DNA of 64,000 nt from an uncultured Alphaproteobacteria bacterium. Its GTDB lineage: Bacteria > Pseudomonadota > Alphaproteobacteria > Rs-D84. A model generated the notes under the pieces. It did no database searches. It had not been told where the DNA came from and saw nothing but the letters and a program-made list of their open reading frames with translations. This document shows positions 50,849-59,908 of this stretch, piece after piece. Position 1 is the first letter of the stretch. The number at the start of each line of letters is the position of its first letter. The stretch lies in contig CAUTNA010000003.1 in NCBI GenBank assembly GCA_963540515.1, positions 7,301 to 71,300 on the forward strand, in the 5' to 3' direction. Made by a program: the position numbers and the translations under genes.

Positions 50849-51489
50849 TGAATAAATTAAAAGTTTTTTTTATAAGTTTATTGTTAATTATAATGACTTT
50901 GATAATTGTATTCTTAAGTACTGTTTTATACTCTGCATCATCTAAAAGAAGAATAGAACCTTTTATTTTTCAACCTTCATTTTTATCTGTTAATAGAATT
51001 GAAACTCCTATAAATATTAATTCTATACCAGAAGATGTTTTATTAAATAAATTAATTTATAATTTTATTATAGAGTATTTTTATGTTATTCCATCTAAAG
51101 AAAATATTGAAGAAAGAATTCTTAAGAGTTCTGTTATATCATCAATGACATCAAAACAAGTTTTTAATAATTGGGTTAATACAGAAGCAAAACTAATAGA
51201 AGAAATGATAAAAAATAACAAATATAGAACAGTATCTATTACAGATAAAATTGAGAAAAGAGGAGAGTTTTTTGAAGTTTATTTCGAACTAAAAACTTGG
51301 GAAGAATCTAATAATTTATTGTATAAACCAAAAATAGAAAAAGGACATTTTCTAATTAAACTAGTTTTTGAAAAAGGACTAAGAGAACTTAGAGGTGGTA
51401 AAAAATTTGATGTAAATGAATATTTAGATTCTGGTGGTAATCCTGCATCTGTATTTAAATTTCAAGTAAAAGAATTACATAGGTATTAG
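50848..51489 (+). CDS. Bitopic membrane protein, VirB8/DotI-like architecture (paralog 2)
   Basis: Same layout as paralog 1. IPEDVLLNKLIYNFIIEYFYV aligns with LPERVLQESLIVGFLNNWFNV of the neighbour. C-terminal GGNPASVFKFQVKEL. Start overlaps the previous stop. Confidence 0.5.
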   Translation: MNKLKVFFISLLLIIMTLIIVFLSTVLYSASSKRRIEPFIFQPSFLSVNRIETPININSIPEDVLLNKLIYNFIIEYFYVIPSKENIEERILKSSVISSMTSKQVFNNWVNTEAKLIEEMIKNNKYRTVSITDKIEKRGEFFEVYFELKTWEESNNLLYKPKIEKGHFLIKLVFEKGLRELRGGKKFDVNEYLDSGGNPASVFKFQVKELHRY

Positions 51490-51493
51490 AAGT

Positions 51494-52240
51494 ATGAAGT
51501 TTTTTATATTAATATTTTTATTTTTTATAAATATTTCTTATGCAGAGGACAGTTTTATACAAGAAAGTAGTGATCCTGATTTAAACCCTGAATCTGTCAG
51601 TTTAAATGATGGAGCAAGTGTTGCAAATGTGTCAAAGTTTGATATTGCAGGAGTCAGTCTTGGAATGTCATTTGAAAACGTTCAAAGATTATTTTTTAAG
51701 ATAAAATCAGTATATGTTCCAAGAAAGAAGAATAGTATTGTTTATACAATGCATAAAGATTGGAAATACAATCTTGATTATGAATGTAGAAGACAAAAAA
51801 TTGTTATTCCAAGTGAACTTGAAAAATGTATAAATACTTTGGGAAGAAAAAGAGGACTTCTCTATGCTTCGGAATTACATCTTGAACGTTTAAATACAGG
51901 TGAAACTATAGAAGTATATTTTACAAGTAATGCAACAGATAATGTTGTTTGGCGAGTTGTTTATAAAAATGATGTAAATGAATTAGAAGGAGATGGAGAA
52001 AAATTTGCAAATCAAAGAGAAAAAAAAATACTTTCTTTTTGGCAATCAGTTATAGATAAATATGGTGTTCCAAATTCTGGAAATGATAAGTGGATAAGTA
52101 CGACAAATGCTTTTGATCCAATGATGAAAGCATATTATGGAAGTTTGGATTTAATTGATAATGGAAGAAATTCTTCAGATTCATCAAAAAATATAGAGAC
52201 AGCAAGAAAAAATTTTAATTCAAAACCATATGCTTTTTAA
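51494..52240 (+). CDS. Secreted hypothetical protein
   Basis: Signal peptide MKFFILIFLFFINISYA; contains a BamE-like IAGVSLGMSFENVQ motif; ends PYAF. Coupled to the two preceding genes. Confidence 0.55.
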   Translation: MKFFILIFLFFINISYAEDSFIQESSDPDLNPESVSLNDGASVANVSKFDIAGVSLGMSFENVQRLFFKIKSVYVPRKKNSIVYTMHKDWKYNLDYECRRQKIVIPSELEKCINTLGRKRGLLYASELHLERLNTGETIEVYFTSNATDNVVWRVVYKNDVNELEGDGEKFANQREKKILSFWQSVIDKYGVPNSGNDKWISTTNAFDPMMKAYYGSLDLIDNGRNSSDSSKNIETARKNFNSKPYAF

Positions 52241-52577
52241 ATCAAGTTATATATCAGGAATATTTGCAGAAACTATAGTAAGTTTATATTTGAGGTTGCA
52301 TTTCTATAAAATATTAAAAAGAAGATATAAAACAGGTAATTATACGGGCAGGGCAGAGATAGATATAATTGCAAAAAGAAAAAATTTAATAATATTTGTT
52401 GAAGTTAAATACAGAAAAAATTTAGATTGTGCATTGAATGCAATTACAGAAAATCAAAAGAGAAGATTAATAAGAGCTGCAGAGACTTTTTTATTACAAC
52501 ATTATCCAAATTCTGATGCGAGATTTGATTTAATAGCAGTTTGTCCACCAAAAATATTTTGGATAAAAAATATTTAA
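52230..52577 (+). CDS. yraN: YraN-family (UPF0102) endonuclease-like protein
   Basis: GIFAETIVSLYLRLHFYKILKRRYK...GRAEIDIIAKRKNLIIFVEVKYR...RFDLIAV. Confidence 0.85.
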   Translation: MLFKSSYISGIFAETIVSLYLRLHFYKILKRRYKTGNYTGRAEIDIIAKRKNLIIFVEVKYRKNLDCALNAITENQKRRLIRAAETFLLQHYPNSDARFDLIAVCPPKIFWIKNI

Positions 52578-52736
52578 GTTTATTTAATATCTTTACTATA
52601 TTAATTCTAATTTAGAGAAAATGTTATTAATTTTTAATTAGTAAATTTTTTATTATTTAAAATTAAATAAAAAAATTCTTGTAAAAATTCTATTTTTTTA
52701 CTAGTCTTTGAAGTGTTCAATATAAAAGGAGAAAAA

Positions 52737-53558
52737 ATGATTTGGACAATACTTGTTTTGGTATTGGGAATCGCTTTGTATATGTTCAGCGGATCATTCG
52801 TTAAACAATCTGGCAAAACTCAAGAACCAAAATCAAAATTGGTAAAAAATGCAGTTAAAATATTATCTGTTATATTAGTTGCAGGTAGTGTTTGTCGTTT
52901 ATCTGTTCCATATTATTTAGTATCTGTAAATCCTATGATTTTACAGGATATGGCAACAAATATGCGTGAACAACAAAATGAAGAAAACAGTAAAATGGTT
53001 CGCAAATATGTTCGTTCTAATATGAAGGAAATGATGCAAGATGCTCCTGTTTTCGGAAATCTTGAAGGAAAGAAAACAATATTCTTGTTCTCTGATTATT
53101 CTTGTCCATATTGCCGTCGTGTACATGCAGAACTCAAACGTGTTATGAATGAAGATAAAGAAGTACGTGTTGTATTAAAGAACTTCTCTGTTCACGGACC
53201 TCTTTCTGATGCTCCTGCAAAGATTATCATAGCTGCAAAATTACAAGATAAAGAAAAAGCAGAAAAACTTGATAATATGTTAATGACAAGAGAATTTTAT
53301 TCTCAAGCTGACTTAAAAGATCAATCAAAAATTGGCGAAAAAGTTCAAAAGAATGTTTTGAAATTTGCTAAAGAGGTTGGTTTAGATGTTAAAAAATTGG
53401 AAGAAGATATGAATGGTGAAGCTGTAATGCGTGAACTTACAAATGTTCGTGAATTAGTAAGCCGTTTCCAAATATCTGGAACTCCATTTTTGATTATTGG
53501 TGATAAAGCATTCCCTGGTGCAATACCATATGGTCAAATAGTTGATGCTTTAAAATAA
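52737..53558 (+). CDS. DsbA-family thiol:disulfide oxidoreductase with N-terminal membrane anchor
   Basis: AAGGAG SD 7 nt before the ATG at 52737; CPYC active site (LFSDYSCPYCRRVH); C-terminal GTPFLIIGD. Confidence 0.85.
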   Translation: MIWTILVLVLGIALYMFSGSFVKQSGKTQEPKSKLVKNAVKILSVILVAGSVCRLSVPYYLVSVNPMILQDMATNMREQQNEENSKMVRKYVRSNMKEMMQDAPVFGNLEGKKTIFLFSDYSCPYCRRVHAELKRVMNEDKEVRVVLKNFSVHGPLSDAPAKIIIAAKLQDKEKAEKLDNMLMTREFYSQADLKDQSKIGEKVQKNVLKFAKEVGLDVKKLEEDMNGEAVMRELTNVRELVSRFQISGTPFLIIGDKAFPGAIPYGQIVDALK

Positions 53559-53562
53559 AAAA

Positions 53563-53588
53563 ATCCAGCGAAAGCTGGGTTTTTTTAT
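53563..53588 (+). terminator. Rho-independent terminator
   Basis: atccagc-gaaa-gctgggt followed by T7. Confidence 0.7.
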
Positions 53589-54083
53589 TCTTATCTTTAT
53601 TTTATCTAACTTATCATTGATAATAATTTTTTTTATATTACTATAATGTCAATGTTAGTTTTTAAAGAACTGATATACTAATTTGTATAGATAATAAAGA
53701 ATTTTATAAAAAGAAAAAATTAAGAAATAAAAAGTTAAAGTTTATGAAAGATAATATAAAAGAGTTAGCATTTTTTATAATTATTGCAACTGGTTTCTTA
53801 GCAAAGTTATTGTTTAATATTTTATTTGGTAACTCTAAATCTAAGTAAAAATCAGAAAAATAAAAAAATATTAGTAATTTTTAATTATTTGTATGGTTTA
53901 CTGTAGATAATTTAATTAAAATTTCCCGTTATACTTCAAAAAATGAATATTTGTCGAATCTACATCAAATTTTTTGCATAAAATCTGAATCTTGTCCAAA
54001 ATTTACAACAATTTCAATAATATTTTTTATATGTCTATATTAGATATATTTTTATTTTATTAACTCTTTTATAGATTACAATA

Positions 54084-56030
54084 TTAATATTTTCTTTGTT
54101 TTAAAAATTTATCTTGCATGACAATTCCAAGATATTGTTTTGATATATCTTTCATTTTTATTTTTAATTTATGCCATAGATATAATTTTTTTGGATAAAC
54201 AATGGCTTCAAAAAATAGTTCAGTTGCTTTAAAAGGTACATTTAATTTTAATAAATATTCCAAATGCCAAGATGCTTCACAAGAACATAATTTAATGGCA
54301 AATTTTGCTCCAATATCTTTATCTAATTTTTCACAAACATACGAAGAAAACATAATTGGTGTTGTGAGTCCTCTATAATCTTTACCTTTTCTATTAAAAT
54401 ATCTCTTTATAAATTGTTCTTTTCTATACATACCTTCAGTATCTCCAAATTTGCTATTAAGAATTGTTCCTGCTTTTCCTTCATGACAAACAATATATGG
54501 TATTTTATCATCATACATAAAATCAGATACATAAAAATCTTTAATAAAATAAGAATCAGAATCTATTATAAGATAGAAATCTGCAATTTTTGTTTTATAA
54601 AATTTTAATTTTATTATTTGTTGATCAAGCCATCCATTTCCAAGAGAGTCCGATCCTAATATTTTCTCTTCTTCTATAAACTCTATTTTATAATCTTCTT
54701 TTCCATCAATAAGGTTTGATTTTATAGTTTTTATTTCCAAAGATGGACAAAGTATATAAAAAGGTATTTTATCAACATTATGTCTATCTATACTATTTTT
54801 TAAAATTTTAATAGCTTCTAAGTTTTTTAGATATGTTTTACACATTATAACCATATTTGTTTTAAGTCCAGTTTTGTGATCAGAATTTATTGCAATTTTT
54901 AAATTATCTAAAGATCTTTTATAAACTTTATCTGCTTCTTTTTTTAATCCTTTACAAATAGATACATATTTATTTAATTTCATATTTATAGCTTTTTCCA
55001 TAGCATCAAATATATTATTTTCTGAATATAAAACTGAATTTGATTCTGATAATCCATAATGTTTAGCAAACATATCATTTATGATTAATGGTTTTCTGAA
55101 TCCATAAGATAATTGTAAATTACCAGAAGTACAAGTTGTTAGATATATTTTGTGTTCTTCTGAGTATGGATCTAGTGCAGTAATAATAAAATCAGATTTT
55201 TCTATTTCTTCATACATTTTTTTAAATGATAATCTTCCGAGATGTATAATATATTTTTTTAAATTTTCTGGAATGTCTATTTTTCCATTTCCTATAATTT
55301 TTATAACAAAATCTTTACCTTCGGATATTAATTTTGAAGTAGCTTTTATCATATCTGAATAATTTCTCGAATCTTTACTTATTCTTCCTATTGCAAGAAA
55401 AATAGTTTTATTATTTTTTTTAAAAACATTTTTTGTATCATAAAAATAACATGGATTTAATTGTGGCATTTCTGGAATATCGGATAATGTGAAAATTCTA
55501 TTCTGTTTTACTAGTGTCTGTTCTGAAAATTCTTTAAAAAATCTACCTGGATCATGGTCTATAAATAAACAACCTTTTTTTGCATATGGTGTGAATTTTA
55601 AGTAGTCACAAAAATGTTTATGTGTTTCAAAATCCCAAATTACACTTGTTTCAATAAAAATATATTCATATTTATGGGATTTATTATTTAGTAAGAACTT
55701 TCTTATTATAGGTAGACTTCCTGAAAATATACGAGGCTTGTTTTTAAATTTACAAAATGGATCTTCTATAACATTTTCATACCTTGTTATGATATCAACA
55801 TTATATCCTAAATCTTGAAAATATTTTGTATAACCAGGTAAACATTCACCATGACTAAAATGAGGTTCTACAATTAAAATAGAATTTTCTCTGACAATAT
55901 CCTTTTTTGTAAACTTTCTTAAATTTCTATATTTAAAATCGTATTTAAGATTTTTTATCTTCCTAGCTATAAATTTACGAACAGGACGAATAGTTAAAAT
56001 GTTTCTAATAAGTTTAAAATATTCTTTCAC
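54084..56030 (-). CDS. Putative two-domain glycosyltransferase (648 aa)
   Basis: The N-terminal half is GT-B/GT4-like (FLAIGRISKDSRNY...IIGNG...LGRLSFKKMYEEIEKSDFII). The C-terminal half has a DxD-like IIDSDSYF. GTG start. Confidence 0.55.
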   Translation of the reverse strand: MKEYFKLIRNILTIRPVRKFIARKIKNLKYDFKYRNLRKFTKKDIVRENSILIVEPHFSHGECLPGYTKYFQDLGYNVDIITRYENVIEDPFCKFKNKPRIFSGSLPIIRKFLLNNKSHKYEYIFIETSVIWDFETHKHFCDYLKFTPYAKKGCLFIDHDPGRFFKEFSEQTLVKQNRIFTLSDIPEMPQLNPCYFYDTKNVFKKNNKTIFLAIGRISKDSRNYSDMIKATSKLISEGKDFVIKIIGNGKIDIPENLKKYIIHLGRLSFKKMYEEIEKSDFIITALDPYSEEHKIYLTTCTSGNLQLSYGFRKPLIINDMFAKHYGLSESNSVLYSENNIFDAMEKAINMKLNKYVSICKGLKKEADKVYKRSLDNLKIAINSDHKTGLKTNMVIMCKTYLKNLEAIKILKNSIDRHNVDKIPFYILCPSLEIKTIKSNLIDGKEDYKIEFIEEEKILGSDSLGNGWLDQQIIKLKFYKTKIADFYLIIDSDSYFIKDFYVSDFMYDDKIPYIVCHEGKAGTILNSKFGDTEGMYRKEQFIKRYFNRKGKDYRGLTTPIMFSSYVCEKLDKDIGAKFAIKLCSCEASWHLEYLLKLNVPFKATELFFEAIVYPKKLYLWHKLKIKMKDISKQYLGIVMQDKFLKQRKY

Positions 56031-56061
56031 CTAATACTCCATTAATAAAAATTTATTCTTT

Positions 56062-56700
56062 CTAAAAACTGCTTACTAAGAGTCTTAATTTTTCGATTAA
56101 TTTTATACCATCCTCTCCAAATAGAGGAAGATATGTTTCAAATTCTGGTAATTCAGCTTGGATTTTTGCTTTATTTATCTCATTTATATTATCTTCTTGT
56201 GATAATATTTCTCTCGCATTATCCCAGAGAGTGTATGCTTTATCAGTTTTTAAAACATTATTCCAAATATTTATAAATTCACTATCTGATAAGGAATTTT
56301 TAATTTCCTCACGCCAATATTTTCCAAAACTTTTAACAGATGATAAATTTTTTATTAAAGATAAACCTTCTTCATCTGGTGTAAATTCTGATAAAGCATC
56401 ATATAGTTCTTCTAATTCCTTATTTGATAAAATATTAGTTTTAGTTTTCTTTTCCATTGCCCCACCATAAGGTAACAACTCGTGTGCTATAGAATCAATT
56501 TTTGTTATACCTTTTTGTAAATTTCGTATATGTTTTACAAGTAAACTACCTGTTGGTAATTCTTCTAATAAAGATAATACTTCTTCATTTGCCTCTTGTA
56601 AAAAAATTGGATTAACTGCTTTCCAACCACCAATAATTACATGTTGTTGTCTGTATAAATTAATAAGCCTTTGCGCAATTGTTAGTGTTTCAGATTTCAT
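56062..56700 (-). CDS. Hypothetical helical protein (212 aa)
   Basis: ORF only. 4-nt gap after the XRE-family gene, so probably co-transcribed. Confidence 0.5.
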   Translation of the reverse strand: MKSETLTIAQRLINLYRQQHVIIGGWKAVNPIFLQEANEEVLSLLEELPTGSLLVKHIRNLQKGITKIDSIAHELLPYGGAMEKKTKTNILSNKELEELYDALSEFTPDEEGLSLIKNLSSVKSFGKYWREEIKNSLSDSEFINIWNNVLKTDKAYTLWDNAREILSQEDNINEINKAKIQAELPEFETYLPLFGEDGIKLIEKLRLLVSSF

Positions 56701-56704
56701 AATT

Positions 56705-57703
56705 TTACTTCATTGTAATCGCAACTATTTTATGTATTGTTTTACCGAATACTTTTTCGTCAGGTGAAAATATATTTCCATAAAATCTATTTGAATCTTT
56801 TTTTACAACAGCAATATATGCATTTGCAGTTGAATCTGGTTTCATTTTTGTAAAATCTTCATCTATGAAAATAGCTAGATCTCCGATATTTACTTTTTTT
56901 GTTACATCTATAAACACAATTGAATTTTCTGATAAAAAATTATGAGTTCTCTTTATATTTGGAATAACAGCATACATATTACTGGAATTTTTAAACTCAG
57001 ATAGTATAAGTTTAGAGTCTGATTTTTGAAAAGTTATACCTTTATCATCTGGAGTACCAAAAACAGGGACTAATTTTGATCTGGCATTATCATAAAGGGT
57101 TGTTGCATATAAACTGTCTTTTGAGTTAACAAAAGATTGAGATGCTTTTGGTTCTAATAAAGACTTATTTTTTTCTTTTGTTTTTTCTAATTGCTTTGAT
57201 ATTGCTCCAGATTTATATAAATTTGCAACTTTATCGAATAATTCTTTAGATGTTAGTTTCAGTGCTATTGCAAGAGGTTCTAATTCATCTTTGTAAATCT
57301 CTCTTTGACCTTTTTCAAGTTTATGATAAACAGATAAAGTCATTTTTGCATCTTTTGCAGTCTCTGCAATTGTTTTACCAAGAGATTCTCTTATATTTCT
57401 AATTGCAATTCCAAATACTTTCAGACCATTATTTTCATTATTTTTTAATCTTCTTTTTATTTCATCTTTCCATCTATCTGCCATTTCATCAGACTTATGA
57501 ATAAATATATCAGATAATTTACATTTAAGAATATTCGATATTTTTAAAAGTTGTTCTTGATTAACTCGTCTTACTCCTTTCTCTATTTTTGATATAGCAG
57601 AAAGAGAAAGTCCAACTTCTTTTGCAAGCTCAGTCATCTTTATTTTTGATGCAATGCGAATATTTCGTATATTATTTGGAAAAATGATTTCTTCTAATGC
57701 CAT
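56705..57703 (-). CDS. XRE-family regulator with two HTH domains and a beta-rich C-terminal domain
   Basis: HTH 1: IRNIRIASKIKMTELAKEVGLSLSAISKIEKGVRRVNQEQLLKISNIL. HTH 2: IRNIRESLGKTIAETAKDAKMTLSVYHKLEKGQREIYKDELEPLAIAL. The C-terminal ~130 aa are LexA/S24-like in size but have no clear Ser/Lys dyad. Confidence 0.75.
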   Translation of the reverse strand: MALEEIIFPNNIRNIRIASKIKMTELAKEVGLSLSAISKIEKGVRRVNQEQLLKISNILKCKLSDIFIHKSDEMADRWKDEIKRRLKNNENNGLKVFGIAIRNIRESLGKTIAETAKDAKMTLSVYHKLEKGQREIYKDELEPLAIALKLTSKELFDKVANLYKSGAISKQLEKTKEKNKSLLEPKASQSFVNSKDSLYATTLYDNARSKLVPVFGTPDDKGITFQKSDSKLILSEFKNSSNMYAVIPNIKRTHNFLSENSIVFIDVTKKVNIGDLAIFIDEDFTKMKPDSTANAYIAVVKKDSNRFYGNIFSPDEKVFGKTIHKIVAITMK

Positions 57704-57755
57704 AGTAAAACCTACATTTCTTTATAAAAATACTAGGTTAAAATATATAATTTTG

Positions 57756-59300
57756 TCAAGATAAATCGTCTGGAATATCTGATAAATCTATATCTATATC
57801 TTTTTGTTCTTCATTATTATTGATTCTTTCATTTATTATTGGTGCAGATGTATTATCTTCATCTTCAAATAAACTGTATTCACCTTTGAATAGAAGTTTT
57901 ATTGATTCTGTTTTTCCATGTCTATTTTTTCCAATTATAATTTCAGCTTTACCTTTTGATGCTTCATATTTCTTTTTCCATTCATCAGATTCTTTATTTA
58001 ATTGAAGATCAGATCTACTTGAAATTTTATCTTTAGGATCTCTATCTTTTAAGTAGTATTCTTCACGATATGTGAACATTACAATATCGGCATCTTGTTC
58101 AATAGAACCAGATTCACGAAGATCTGATAATTGAGGTTTTTTATCACTTCTATCTTTTGATTCTACGTTTCTTGAAAGCTGGGATAATGCAATTACGGGA
58201 ACTTCTAATTCTTTTGCAAGTATTTTAAGTCCTCTGGTTATTTCTGAAATTTCTTGAACTCTATTATCACTTCGTCTTCCGCCTGCTGGAGTTATCAGTT
58301 GAAGATAGTCAATTACAATCAAAGAAATTCCATTAAATTGTCTAGCAAGTCTTCTTGCTCGCGTTCTTATCATAGGAACAGAAATTCCAGGAGTATCATC
58401 AAATATTAATGGAAGTCTTGAAAGACCATCTGAATATTGACTCATTTTTGCAAAATCTTCATCAACCAAATTACCACTACGCATAGATGTTGTAGGTATT
58501 CTTGATTGAGAAGATAAAACACGGGTTGCAAGTTGTGAACTTGACATTTCAAGACTGAAAAATACTACAACACCTTTATATTTTTCATTGGCTCTTTTGG
58601 AAAATATAGCACTTGCTGCATTTACTGCAATGTTTGTTGCAAATGCTGTTTTACCCATACCAGGACGTCCTGCTATTATAATTAAATCAGATTTATGCAG
58701 TCCTGATATTGATTGATCAAGTCCTGAAAATCCAGTAGTAAGTCCTGATAATTTACCATCTGCTTTATAAGCAATTTCTATTTCTTCAAGTGCATCTTTT
58801 AAAGATGAAGAAATAGATATTGGACCTTTATCAGTTGTTCCAGAAACCGCCAAATCAAATAATTTTTTCTCAGCTAATTCAATTTGATTTGATACAGGAT
58901 TATCTAAATCTTCCAAATATGCATTATTCTCTATATCTTGCCCAAGATTTATTAAATCTCGTCTGATAGAATTATCGTAAACTATTTTGGCATATTGATC
59001 CATATTTGGAATATTTGATCCAATAGATGATAATTCTGTAAGATAATTGATTCCCCCAACTGATTCTAGTATTCCTTGTTGTTCAAGGTAATTTTTAACT
59101 GTTACTATATCAAAAGGTATTCCACGTTCGAATTGTTTTTCAGCAAGTTTATAAATTTCTTGATGAGCAGGGTGAGTAAAATGATAATATCTTAAAAATT
59201 CAATAATTTTTTCTAAATTTCTGTTATTAGATAGAATTGATGATAGAACTGCTTGTTCTGCTTCTAAATTACTTGGTAATGCTCTTGAAATTAAACCCAT
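57756..59300 (-). CDS. dnaB: Replicative DNA helicase
   Basis: LPSNLEAEQAVLSSIL, Walker A GRPGMGKTAFA, IVIDYLQL, SQLSR, ADIVMF. Acidic C-terminal extension. Confidence 0.97.
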   Translation of the reverse strand: MGLISRALPSNLEAEQAVLSSILSNNRNLEKIIEFLRYYHFTHPAHQEIYKLAEKQFERGIPFDIVTVKNYLEQQGILESVGGINYLTELSSIGSNIPNMDQYAKIVYDNSIRRDLINLGQDIENNAYLEDLDNPVSNQIELAEKKLFDLAVSGTTDKGPISISSSLKDALEEIEIAYKADGKLSGLTTGFSGLDQSISGLHKSDLIIIAGRPGMGKTAFATNIAVNAASAIFSKRANEKYKGVVVFFSLEMSSSQLATRVLSSQSRIPTTSMRSGNLVDEDFAKMSQYSDGLSRLPLIFDDTPGISVPMIRTRARRLARQFNGISLIVIDYLQLITPAGGRRSDNRVQEISEITRGLKILAKELEVPVIALSQLSRNVESKDRSDKKPQLSDLRESGSIEQDADIVMFTYREEYYLKDRDPKDKISSRSDLQLNKESDEWKKKYEASKGKAEIIIGKNRHGKTESIKLLFKGEYSLFEDEDNTSAPIINERINNNEEQKDIDIDLSDIPDDLS

Positions 59301-59384
59301 TTAATACCCCTTTGATTTGGAGATTTTTGTAAGCCGATGATAGAATTTAAGAGTATATTAAATAAATTGATTTTCAATATATTT

Positions 59385-59415
59385 ATAAAAAAACCTCATT
59401 CTTTTGAATGAGGTT
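59385..59415 (-). terminator. Rho-independent terminator for the small lipoprotein gene
   Basis: aacctcatt-cttttg-aatgaggtt, with T7 following on the minus strand. Confidence 0.6.
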
Positions 59416-59425
59416 TTAAAAGTAA

Positions 59426-59569
59426 TTATTTTGAACAACTACCGATTAATTTAGAAATAGAAATATCTTTGTGTAACAAGAAGTCATATTCACAATTTCC
59501 TTGTTTATATGAACCTGTACAAGCAGCAAGTGTTAAAACAGCAACTAAAGCTAACATTAATTTTTTCAT
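59426..59569 (-). CDS. Small lipoprotein (47 aa)
   Basis: Own translation: MKKLMLALVAVLTLAACTGSYKQGNCEYDFLLHKDISISKLIGSCSK. AAGGAG SD; lipobox LTLAAC; own terminator. Confidence 0.55.
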   Translation of the reverse strand: MKKLMLALVAVLTLAACTGSYKQGNCEYDFLLHKDISISKLIGSCSK

Positions 59570-59767
59570 ATCCTGTCTCCTTAAGTTTGGACAATATGAA
59601 TCTTAGCATACAAAAAAATACTATTCAATAATTTTTATATTGATAAATAATTGTAGTTTTTTAGTTATAAAATCTGTATAAGAAAAGGGGTAAAGTAGAA
59701 TGAAATGGGAATTACAAGAGATAAATAATAGAGTCATTGTAATTTAAATTAGTTTATAAATTATATA

Positions 59768-59795
59768 TTGAAAATTTTTATTATTTTGTTATACT
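59768..59795 (+). promoter_or_regulatory. Candidate sigma-70 promoter for tRNA-His
   Basis: TTGAAA (59768-59773), 16-nt spacer, TATACT (59790-59795), 13 nt before the tRNA 5' end. AT-rich context makes chance matches likely. Confidence 0.35.
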
Positions 59796-59808
59796 TTTAG
59801 TGATTTAT

Positions 59809-59886
59809 GGCGGATATAGCTCAGTTGGTTAGAGCGCAGGTTTGTGGTACCTGATGTCGTCGGTTCAAATCCGATTATCCGCCCCA
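59809..59886 (+). tRNA. tRNA-His (anticodon GUG) with genomically encoded G-1 and CCA
   Basis: G-GCGGATA-TA-GCTC..GAGC-G-CAGGT-TTGTGGT-ACCTG-ATGTC-GTCGG-TTCAAAT-CCGAT-TATCCGC-C-CCA. The extra 5' G lies opposite discriminator C. Confidence 0.95.
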
Positions 59887-59908
59887 CTTATTAAATTTTC
59901 TTAATTAC

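Noticed and set aside
50022-52240. A complete type IV secretion locus
   Set aside because: Only VirB7-like and VirB8-like candidates are present. There is no ATPase (VirB4/B11/D4), no VirB6, and no VirB9/B10 in the window.
53744-53848. 34-aa hydrophobic ORF (MKDNIKELAFFIIIATGFLAKLLFNILFGNSKSK) in the 500-bp spacer after the DsbA-like gene
   Set aside because: It has no convincing SD and is very short. It may be a real small membrane peptide, but this is unsupported from sequence alone.
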